A stretch of DNA of 64,000 bases from Eledone cirrhosa (GCA_964016885.1 OZ024745.1:102796001-102860000), one strand, 5' to 3'. Shown: positions 32,321-41,489, counted from the stretch's first letter. Notes: generated by a model not told the origin, from the sequence alone. Translations and numbers: made by a program.

Positions 32321-32709
32321 TAATTAGAGAGGTGTTCCTATGCTAACTAACTTTTAAAATTAATAATGATTTAAAGATTTAAACACTTGTTCAGCAAATA
32401 AAATCATCATCTCAAGTCATTGTTGTCCTGTATCAAGAGGCATAGAGCAGAAATATGATCAACAATATTTCAGTAATCTTGTATTTATTTTTCAATAGAA
32501 ACACTATTTTTTTTTCAAGTTTTAAGTTGTGTGAGTTGAAGACGTTTTAGCTGCAATTTCTAGCTGATCAAGTGACCACATAGTCACCTTCATAGATTTG
32601 TCTTAGTCTAGCTAGTTTACTTTGTAGAAATACAGGGGGATATAAATACCATTTGGAACTCCTGACTCAAGAAAAGAATAACAGAAAGGGTGACTTGATT
32701 TTCGGAATT

Positions 32710-33055
32710 AATCATCCCCATCATCAATTTTTATGCTTGGACAGGTATTTTTCAGAGTAGCATCTCTCCACTCGCTGCGTTCTTTCATCATCTCCTCTGT
32801 GAATCTCAGTGATGTGAGATCAGCTCTCACAACTTCTGCCCAGCTCTTCATTGGTCTAATTCTACTGTAGCTTCCCTCCACTACAATTTCCTGGAAAATC
32901 TTCACCCAGCAGTCATCATCCATGCACATCACATGTCTGTACCAATGCAGTCTTCTCTCTAGCACAGCACTTCAGATTACCCTTAAACCCAGTTTCTCCC
33001 TCAGTTCATCCGTGCTCTGCATATTCTCTCACATTTACATTGCACATCCAATGAA
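32710..33055 (-). mobile_element. RTE LINE 3' fragment
   Basis: RRLHWYRHVM..DDDCWVK; gatgat tail; homologous to 45000-45750. Confidence 0.75.
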
Positions 33056-33104
33056 GTATGATTGATTCATTTCTCTCCACACACACACATACACATATAT
33101 ACAT

Positions 33105-33137
<33 letters not shown>

Positions 33138-33399
33138 CACACAAATACATACATACAGACACACACACACAACTATATTAACTGGTACCTCTGTTCACTC
33201 TCTCTCCACCCCAAGGAGTATCTTTTTCAGTTGCTTTTTATTTATTGTAATCACTTGATAAAATAAAGTACCAGTAATGTACTGGGTAATTGCTGGCCTT
33301 GTGCCAATAGTAGAAACAATTATTATATTATTATAGTCATGGCCATTGGAACAACTACATTTCAAATTTTCCTAATCATCCTTAGTTCAACACCTATGA

Positions 33400-33448
33400 C
33401 TGTGTGTATATAAATAGATGAATATATATATATATATATAAACATATG

Positions 33449-33489
<41 letters not shown>

Positions 33490-33574
33490 ATATGTATATA
33501 AATATATATATATACATAAATATATACATAAATATATACATAGATGAATATATATATATATAAATAAACATATG

Positions 33575-33613
<39 letters not shown>

Positions 33614-33618
33614 ATATG

Positions 33619-33659
<41 letters not shown>

Positions 33660-33676
33660 ATATGTATATAAATATA
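33400..33676. repeat. TA minisatellite (unit tatataaacatatgtatataaata), interrupted by the viral insertion and resuming at 37636-37772
   Basis: The same distinctive units (aaacatatgta; catagatgaata) occur on both sides of the insertion. Confidence 0.85.
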
Positions 33677-33793
33677 AACGGGTTACCATGCGAAATAAAT
33701 ACTTATTCGGGGGCTAAAAAAAGTGCATGGGCACCAACGGAAAAAGGGGCATCCGGTTTGCCGCCTTTGACAGTGCATTTGCTATTAACCAAA

Positions 33794-33832
<39 letters not shown>

Positions 33833-33847
33833 ATGCAGATATATAGT

Positions 33848-33853
33848 TTTATT
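33848..33853 (-). terminator. AATAAA polyadenylation signal of the viral transcription unit
   Basis: tttatt on the + strand, ~80 nt after the NS1 stop. Confidence 0.55.
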
Positions 33854-33935
33854 CAAGTAATACAGAAAGAAAGTTATTATCTCGAGGATATTACTAGTTA
33901 TATAATGAAACGAAAATGAAATAAAATAAAGAAAT

Positions 33936-35054
33936 TTAAAGTTCTTGAGTGAATGGTTCTGGAGAAGGAGCGTCTTTGTTCGACTGCATCATTTTTTTGA
34001 ATCTGCTCGTTCCTTGAATGGTACTGACGTGCGTAAACATGTTAGATATACTACGCGCGATCATTGATTTGCCTGTGTTAGGCAGGCCGGTGAATACAAG
34101 CAAGTTTGTTTTGGCTTTGTATTTATTAAGCAAATCCCAAATACATTTTACAAGTTCTTCTTCGTCTATGTCTTGTGTCATAATTATTGATCTAAATATT
34201 TTCAACGAAGTTTCGGTATCCATCCATAATTTGGTGTTTTCAAATTGTTTCCAATTCATATTCTCGAACTTCTCTTTGAATGGCATTATCAGTGTTTTCA
34301 GTTTCACGCATTCGAGTACTTTCTTCATGACGCTGTCGTACATGGGATGACTGATAGCGCGCATGAAATTTTCGTTGTTTGCTCGGTTAAGCCAGTGTGT
34401 TTTCATCTCCTGTTCGTTTCGAAATTTTTTTGATGTGAATATATACGTCAGGTAGTTGAATAGAGTTAAAGTCGTACCACTTCTGCTTTTGAATGTCGGT
34501 TCGTCCGTGGCATGTCTTGTTGATGTACTCGTTTTAGGTGTTGGGCTACATTTAGGTACGTATTCTTTCGAGCACCATTCTGCAAATTCAGAGTTTATAG
34601 AACCGAGGCCTTTTATCAGTAAATATCTCGGTGGTTGGCAGAAGTAATTGGCCATGCTGCTAGGGAACTTTACTCTTTGACACTCTGGTATGTATCGCGC
34701 TAACTGTGTTCCCTTTTTGTACAAGCTTCTCACGTATTTGAGACGTTGGTTTTCTCCTGGTCTTATCTCTGAATTCCATATGATATGGAAGTGGTTGAAC
34801 GCATTCCATTCCTTTTTGTCGCATATTTTTGATTCTTTTGGATGGTAAATTACTGTTGCCTTGTTGATTTGAATAAATTCTATTATTTTTCTGTTTGCAT
34901 TAATTAGAAAGTTATTCTTGTATGCCCCTTCTTTTTCGTCGAAATCGTTTGTTGTTATTTCGTCGTGTTGTATCGGAACTCTACCGTTGTCCCAACTGAA
35001 GTCCGTTTCAAGTATCCAAGGATAAATGCACATGTACATTTTTATTCCTCTTTT
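33936..35054 (-). CDS. NS1: Parvoviral NS1/Rep exon 2 (HUH endonuclease and truncated SF3 helicase)
   Basis: HUH motif NHFHII (34785-34793), Tyr motif ANYF, Walker A LLVFTGLPNTGKS (34065-34088). Walker B and motif C absent. Preceded by acceptor ccattttatatttgcAG. Confidence 0.85.
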   Translation of the reverse strand, partial: KRGIKMYMCIYPWILETDFSWDNGRVPIQHDEITTNDFDEKEGAYKNNFLINANRKIIEFIQINKATVIYHPKESKICDKKEWNAFNHFHIIWNSEIRPGENQRLKYVRSLYKKGTQLARYIPECQRVKFPSSMANYFCQPPRYLLIKGLGSINSEFAEWCSKEYVPKCSPTPKTSTSTRHATDEPTFKSRSGTTLTLFNYLTYIFTSKKFRNEQEMKTHWLNRANNENFMRAISHPMYDSVMKKVLECVKLKTLIMPFKEKFENMNWKQFENTKLWMDTETSLKIFRSIIMTQDIDEEELVKCIWDLLNKYKAKTNLLVFTGLPNTGKSMIARSISNMFTHVSTIQGTSRFKKMMQSNKDAPSPEPFTQEL

Positions 35055-35093
35055 CTGCAAATATAAAATGGATAGATTTGTTGTAATATTACT

Positions 35094-36662
35094 TTAACGA
35101 TGAGCTTGTCGGGTTTTACCGACTCTCGTTATTTCATAATTACGTAAACCTTGCGGCCATTTACATAGATTTGTTTTGGCTGAATTTTGTATTGTTGCAT
35201 TGTCTTTTCCCCATGCCATCCAACCCATGGTTTGTGGACTGCCAGAAATATATTCGAAATCTATTTCAGAATGATAAGTTATTGTGATCATGAATGATAT
35301 TTTAGCCGGATTGTTTTGAGAATCTAGAATAGGTACAGAATCTAAAGTAGCTATTGGCGGTGGATTAGATGGATTTATTGGAAACTGTGTTAAATGTGAT
35401 CTGCCAGTGTTTTGTTCTTCATTTGATTTATCTACCGCCATTGATTTACTCCATGCCCCTTTTTCCGTTGGTGCCCATGCACTTTTTTTAGCCCCCGAAT
35501 AAGTATTTATTTCGCATGGTAATCCGTTAGTTAGTTTTATTGTTGGTGGTTCGTATGTAGAATTAAATGCATAATAGTTCATCATATTGAACCAACTTGG
35601 AGTTCTATTTACCCATGTATATCCTGCTGTGTCCCCAGCGTAAACGAATTGAAATTGACCAGTGTTTAAATAAGACAATATTTCTTCTGCTGGTATTTCT
35701 TGTTCTGTAGGTTTCGCTGCCTTAGTATCTTGCCATAACCACCAATCTTTTCTAATTAATCTATTTGTAATGCATTGATTTAGTTTCCCTTCTTCCCTTG
35801 TTAATGGTACGTTATGTGTCCAATTATTGTTTAAATGTCCTATTAAGTATGTTTGATTAGGAAATAAACAGTATTTATTATCGACGTAATGTATCATCCA
35901 TGGTCTTGTATTGAATGTTGTGTTAGTTGTAGTTGTATTTTGTAATGTTCCTAATTCGTCTGTTAAAGGAATTATATTTGATATTTGATACCCACATGAT
36001 TTAACTCTGAAATTATTGCAAGGTGTTAAATATGTTTCTAATTCTGCTATTGTCATACTAGCTTTTAATTCTGTATATGGTATGTATGATGCTCTGTGTT
36101 TTATTGTTAATTCTATGTATTCATCATCATGTGTTTTGTATATTGCTTTATCTGTAGGATTATCCGAACAGTTTATGTAGTGTATGAAAGTTCTTGAAAA
36201 TTTTTTTGAAACGATTGGATTTTTATCGCCTATGTCTGGTGGTTGATCTCCACTTGCCATTGCTGCTGAGCCCCCAGGAGCTGGACCTACATGTGGATCA
36301 CCCATGTCTACTGTTTGACTATTAATTCCGCTGTCTTGTGATACAAAGTCTTCGTCTGATGCGTCGCAAAGGTCTTCTTGATTTTTCTTAGATTGTTCTT
36401 CTTCTACTCTTCTTTTTTTGTTCGCCGGTGGCATAACCCAATTCTTAGCTTTGATTGTGTTTGCTACTACGAACGCCGCTACTCCGCCTATATTTTCAGA
36501 ACACTGTATTAATCTATTATCTGCTTCTGCTATATCTACCTCTGTTTTACCGTATTCTATGTCGTGTATTTGACAGCATTTATCTAATTCGTTAACAGGT
36601 TGTTTTTGTAAATTGTTTGTGTATGGACCACAATAATTATAACCTGGTAAATGTAAAGGCAT
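35094..36662 (-). CDS. VP1: Parvoviral capsid protein VP1 (522 aa) with N-terminal PLA2 domain
   Basis: LPGYNYCGPY...VNELDKCCQIHDIEY...D (Ca loop and HD catalytic motif), NLS-like PANKKRR, Gly/Ala-rich PGGSAAMASG, Y-I-P motif typical of the start of the jelly roll. ORF uninterrupted. Confidence 0.9.
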   Translation of the reverse strand: MPLHLPGYNYCGPYTNNLQKQPVNELDKCCQIHDIEYGKTEVDIAEADNRLIQCSENIGGVAAFVVANTIKAKNWVMPPANKKRRVEEEQSKKNQEDLCDASDEDFVSQDSGINSQTVDMGDPHVGPAPGGSAAMASGDQPPDIGDKNPIVSKKFSRTFIHYINCSDNPTDKAIYKTHDDEYIELTIKHRASYIPYTELKASMTIAELETYLTPCNNFRVKSCGYQISNIIPLTDELGTLQNTTTTNTTFNTRPWMIHYVDNKYCLFPNQTYLIGHLNNNWTHNVPLTREEGKLNQCITNRLIRKDWWLWQDTKAAKPTEQEIPAEEILSYLNTGQFQFVYAGDTAGYTWVNRTPSWFNMMNYYAFNSTYEPPTIKLTNGLPCEINTYSGAKKSAWAPTEKGAWSKSMAVDKSNEEQNTGRSHLTQFPINPSNPPPIATLDSVPILDSQNNPAKISFMITITYHSEIDFEYISGSPQTMGWMAWGKDNATIQNSAKTNLCKWPQGLRNYEITRVGKTRQAHR

Positions 36663-36672
36663 TCTGACTTAC

Positions 36673-36726
36673 CGCCAAAGAAGTAATCATATCTCGATCT
36701 CTCGTCTTTAAATCTTCGTAATTCAT
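36673..36726 (-). CDS. NS1: Predicted NS1 exon 1 (MNYEDLKTRDRDMITSLA)
   Basis: CAAC-ATG context and 18 codons ending GCG|GTAAGT (phase 0), in frame with exon 2 after CAG at 35055. Confidence 0.7.
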
Positions 36727-36808
36727 GTTGATCTTTTTGCGGAGTAACGGCGTTCGTATCTGCAAGATGTCTGCTGAGTTGTGGCAGTTTGAGTTGCGCG
36801 CTCTTTGT

Positions 36809-36924
36809 TTTTATATCTCGATTCTTGCTGACGTTAGCATATTGAATTACTGTCACGTGGTTCTATTTATACTTTTGCTAACGCAAGCATTATTTTTTGC
36901 TGATGTAGCTTTAATATTGCGTCA
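36809..36924 (-). promoter_or_regulatory. Viral left-end promoter
   Basis: TATAAATA (36864-36871), TATAAAA (36809-36815), E-box CACGTG (36854-36859), CRE half-sites TGACG (36829-36833 and 36920-36924). Confidence 0.6.
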
Positions 36925-37228
36925 TTTCTTAACTGTCAAATCTTGCTTTGTAATTTGATATCTTTGCCTGTCCCCTCTCCTAACTGTGCTATGCACTGAA
37001 CTTTTGGATAGGAGACCTGACCGGGAGGGAGGGAGGTTGAGGTTCATTACAAAGTTATAGCGTAAAGGATCTTCACGATTACCTATCCGCTAAATTCTTT
37101 AGATTCCTCAACCTCCCTCCCTCCCGGTCAGGTCTCCTATCCAAAAGTTCAGTGCATAGCACAGTTAGGAGAGGGGACAGGCAAAGATATCAAATTACAA
37201 AGCAAGATTTGACAGTTAAGAAATGACG
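36920..37228. repeat. Parvoviral terminal hairpin (telomere and replication origin)
   Basis: Arms 36920-37042 and 37106-37228 are exact 123-bp reverse complements. The 63-nt centre pairs imperfectly (aaag/cttt, tagcg/cgcta, agg/cct, atc/gat). Confidence 0.92.
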
Positions 37229-37635
37229 GGAGAGATGACCCCTTAGCCTTTGTCAAGGCAGAATTCTAGGAGAAGGAAAACTCTGATATAACACCTGCAA
37301 CCCTGATGGTATCCAATGATGTTGACTTGTTCTTCTTTTTGGTAAATATCATCTTGGTTAAGAGAGTGGGACTGGCTTTGTGCAGTGCCTTTGCTCACTA
37401 TAAAAGCTTCACGGCACAGGCATTGCTTTATATCTGGAGATCTCTCTGCACTTGTCGTCACATGGTACCATGGGCCCAGCACTCTGTGTCAATAATTGTC
37501 ACAAGTGTAGTGTTTGTACCAGAGTTTTCAAGTCGCTGGCTGGACTAAAAAGTCAGTCGTTCAGCGCATCGGTAGGGGTTCTCCTACATGGATATAAAGT
37601 AGTGGCCGTACTCGAAAACGAGTTGGCAGCCACCA
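37227..37635 (+). mobile_element. Family C RTE-derived retroposon, 5'-truncated and fused to the viral hairpin end
   Basis: Matches the 3' ~410 bp of the copies at 18947-19518 and 19627-20235. Remnant CSVCTRVFKSLAGLKS; followed by (TA)n. Confidence 0.85.
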
Positions 37636-37873
37636 TATATATATATATATATATATAAACATATGTATATAAATATATATATATACATAAATATATACAT
37701 AAATATATACATAAATATATACATAGATGAATATATATATATATAAATAAACATATGTATATAAATATATATAGGAACGAGTAGGACCCCGACGGCTGAG
37801 CTCAAGCTGTTTTGGCGGCTAATTCTGGACTACTTATGGTCTACCTGGTTCCTTACCACATTTCCTTCGTTAT

Positions 37874-38053
37874 GGATTGGCAGTATCGGTAGAGGGTCGG
37901 ACGCCATGATTTCCAGCATAGTTACGTCCCTTTACGATCTGAGTTCAAATCCCGCCGAGGTTGACTTTGCCTTTCATCCTTACGGCGTCGATAAAATAAA
38001 GTACCAGTAATTCACTGGGTAATTGCTGGCCTTGTGCCTAAAGTAGAAACAGT

Positions 38054-38056
<3 letters not shown>
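37874..38056 (+). mobile_element. SINE family A
   Basis: A box, B box and core as in the other copies. Confidence 0.85.
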
Positions 38057-38101
<45 letters not shown>

Positions 38102-38234
38102 CATACTTGTGTGTGTATATATATGATATGTATAAATAAACATATGTATATATATATATATATATAAAATAATTAAGTCAAATATGTAAAATTTGTCTTT
38201 ATTTATTATAAAATTATAAATTATAGATATATAG

Positions 38235-38285
38235 TGCTATATATATTTCGGTGACAGCCATCATTGGCTGTGACCTCTTCAGGCA
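38235..38285 (-). ncRNA. Minimal hammerhead ribozyme (Penelope-type)
   Basis: Minus strand: tgc-CTGAAGA-GG.CACAGCCA atga TGGCTGT.ACC-GAAAT-atat-ATA-gca. Confidence 0.65.
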
Positions 38286-39115
38286 GTCCGAATTGGTGTG
38301 GTAGAGACAGGTACACATGTTGTTGAAGTGTGTTTTACTCCGTCAATACTCTGATATGCCCAGCTCCTGGTTGCGTTGTTATTTCTCTGAGGAACTGGAA
38401 TCATATGAATTAGAACAAACGAATTTCGAATTTCGGTGGCATAGGACATTCTCTCATCCCATTGGTCAGTTGTGAGAACATTCCTCAGTCAAAAGTCTAT
38501 AGAAATGTTTCTGAGGCAAGACAATATGTTGTAGTTGTTTTTGTTTAAGTACAGCTGACCTCCTCCATTGTGTTGGTAGTGGTAGTAGTGTTAAGGGGTC
38601 AGCTGGCAGGTCAGCTTTGGTTTGCTGCTGCTATGTTCAGAAGAATTTGTGTGTGTGGGTTGGCATCTATCCTGCCACCATTTCACATGGTGGGGGGTGC
38701 CAAACAAATAAAAAAATAAAATGTGTGTGTTACAACCAATATCAAAATTTGAAAGATTTGGAAAATAGAAAAGCTGTGTGTCAGAATCGAGAAGTGCAAA
38801 GAATTACAATTCTTATACTATCATCAGGTGGTGCGTTTTAAGAGCAAATGAGACAAAAGTGGAGTGTAAAACACCAAATCCTGAGTGTCAAAATCCGGAA
38901 ATGCAAAGGACTACAGTTCCTATTTCGGCATAAAGTACATATGCGTGTATGTAAACAACCAACATATACTCAAAATATATATATATATATATAGTAATAA
39001 TAATAAATTTGAAGACTAAAATCCAAAGAGGGCATGATAAGGATAAATATATATCAGATATATAAGAACCGTATAGCAAATATTTATTAAAATAACAGAT
39101 TAAAGTTTAAGCAAA

Positions 39116-39180
39116 GAATCGCTGCTTTCACTCTTAACGGGATCTTCTGAAGATCCCGTTAAGAGTGAAAGCAACGATTC
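39116..39180. repeat. 65-bp palindrome (32-bp arms) ending a Helitron-associated repeat
   Basis: gaatcgctgctttcactcttaacgggatcttc-t-gaagatcccgttaagagtgaaagcaacgattc; one mismatch. Confidence 0.85.
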
Positions 39181-40206
39181 CACTTTCAGAATTGCCTCGG
39201 TCTATGTAGACCCATCCAACCCTTGCTAGCAGGGAAAGCAGACATTAAAGCAATGATGATGATGATGTGTATATATATATATATATATATACATTGACTA
39301 TAATGGATAATAAATATGATAAATACCTTTTACTTTTAGTGCAGGGGAGATGTTTTCATATTTTATAATTTGAACTTTAGATAAGTTATCAATCTTTGTA
39401 CAAATTAATTGCTGAAATAATGAACTATGTTATCAACTGTAGGTTAATTCTTTGTATAATAACACCATGATAGCATTACCTATCACATATAATTGGTCGT
39501 CACTTATCAACCAGTTATCATTAATGTTGGTGTCCCTTTAATATAATACATTTCAACTGAAATCAAATATTACAAATGAAAATAAAACGAATCTTAGTTT
39601 TCTTTAGTTTAAAAAAGAAAAATAGTTTAATGCATTTGGTAAACAATAGCATTGCTTGGTTGTGTGTTTCCAAAGGACTGTTGAGAGTGACAAAGGTATG
39701 TGTGTGTAACTTGGGTGAAACATATAACACACAAAATAAAATGAACTCTCTTACTCCAACCTCTTTATATAGATGGTTTTAAATTGTGCAGTTTTGGACT
39801 TACTCATTCACACAATAGTTTTGAAAAATTAATCTTATTTAAGAACATTTATTAAGCTGTAACCCAAACACCAGCTTGGTAATGTGAAAATTAGTTATAT
39901 TACTAAATCTACCCAAATACTTCATTATTTTCAAAATTATTTGAAAATTATAGGCAATATTTTCATTAGACACGTATCTTATAAAAGGATTAAATATACC
40001 ATCTCTGAAAAAAACCTGATTGCTTGAATTCTTTTTATTATGAGGCTCCCCATAGGGTGGTGGATTGGCAGTATCGGTAGAGTGTCGACACCATGCTTTG
40101 TAACATAGAGGTACGGCCCAGTTACATTCTGAGATCAAATCCCGTCGAGTTTAGCTTTGTCAATAAAATACGGGGTCAATAAAAGAAAGTACTGGGGTTG
40201 ATTTAA

Positions 40207-40442
40207 CTTTTGAGCATTTAAACCGGCCATATCCAGTCAGAATTCTCTCACCTCTCTCTGTTCAAACCAGCTGTAACTGGCTGCTCATACTTATGTTAAG
40301 GTATTGTTCTCAAAATATATAATATCAAAATCTCGTAGATTCAATATTATGTGAGATAATTATGTAAGGTAAAACCTTTACTGTGAAAATATAATAGTAA
40401 ATATAGAGTAATATAGAGTAAATATAGATAAATGATAAAGGG
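40207..40442 (+). mobile_element. piggyBac-like MITE nested within a SINE remnant
   Basis: Ends aaaGGG|TTAA and is homologous to 25918-26122. SINE pieces lie at 40061-40200 and 40445-40503. Confidence 0.65.
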
Positions 40443-40983
40443 TTAATCAACTTTCCCCTCCCCCTCAAATTGCTGGCCTTGTGCCTATTGTAGAAATCAT
40501 TATGAGGCTCCACTACCAGGCTGACTTGAGGCTGGATAACAACAACTATAAATGTGATTAGAAATATACCAAAACTTATATACACTGAGGATGATAAAAT
40601 TATATTTTACATATAAACTGTAGCTTGTAGCTTTTTTGGAAAGTATCAAACAAGATGGACATTGGCAAACAAAAAAGGTCAATGTCTACTAAACATAGGT
40701 ATAAACTATAATGGAATATGCTTGTATTTTCTGGATAAGTCTTGTATTTTTTTCTGAAACCTCAACTAGCATGATGTTGTTCAAAGGAGAGGTCTTTCAG
40801 TCACTGTAATTTATAAAGCTAAAACTGATTTTTGAAAATCTACCTATGAATGGTCTATGTTACAGTATAGAAATTAATGCTGCTTGAGTGCTTCACAAAA
40901 TGAATAAAACTCACATTCATTTACTGTTAAGCTGCATTGCAGTATGAAATCCAACATTGTAATGTTATTCTACATATTTGATA

Positions 40984-41170
40984 ATAATTGTTTCTACTTT
41001 TGGCACAAGGCCAGCAATTATCCCAGTGTATTACTGGTACTTTATTTTATCGACACCGTAAGGATGAAAGGCAAAGTTAACCTCGGCGGGATTTGAACTC
41101 AGACAATAAAGGGATGTAACTCTTTGCTATAAAGCATGGCGTCAGACCCTCTACCGATACTGCCAATCCC
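40984..41170 (-). mobile_element. SINE family A with TSD tatttgataataat
   Basis: Full-length copy; direct repeat at ~40974 and ~41171. Confidence 0.85.
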
Positions 41171-41489
41171 TATTTGATAATAATGCTTAGTCTGGATAGA
41201 AGTTGCCAGAATTTAACTTTCAGAAACTAGAACAGTGCAGACAGACTAGACTAGAAAATGGTTAAAAGCACAGGATCTAAACACTTTCAGCCCCTGAATT
41301 GCAGTAACCATTATAGGACTCCTATAGAGAGGACCATTGTATTTCTCACCTAGAATCCAAATGTCTAATGAAGTTATTGTTTACAAATACTTGTATAAAA
41401 AAATATAACATACAAACTTAAATCTAGTCAGAAGGCACCTCTTAACCCAATATTCACCCCACCCACACCCCTACTCCATCCTCCCACTT

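Larger units (their letters stand above)
33828..37228 (-). mobile_element. Endogenous parvoviral element (densovirus-like): terminal hairpin, promoter, VP and NS1
   Basis: Contiguous PLA2-containing capsid ORF, HUH + Walker A Rep ORF, 123-bp-arm terminal palindrome, TATA boxes and poly(A) signal. Confidence 0.93.

Noticed and set aside
33791-33827. Poly(A) as the tail of a retrotransposed viral mRNA
   Set aside because: It is on the wrong strand for NS1/VP mRNA, and the element keeps the intron, promoter and hairpin, so it is not a simple processed transcript.
36584-36856. 90-aa GTG-start ORF upstream of VP
   Set aside because: No ATG start, it overlaps the TATA region, and its frame would be phase 1 at the donor and out of frame with NS1. 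The ATG at 36726 fits better.
37306-37548. 80-aa ORF MVSNDVDLFF... present in three places
   Set aside because: It lies within young copies of one retroposon, so conservation is explained by recent copying. No recognisable domain.
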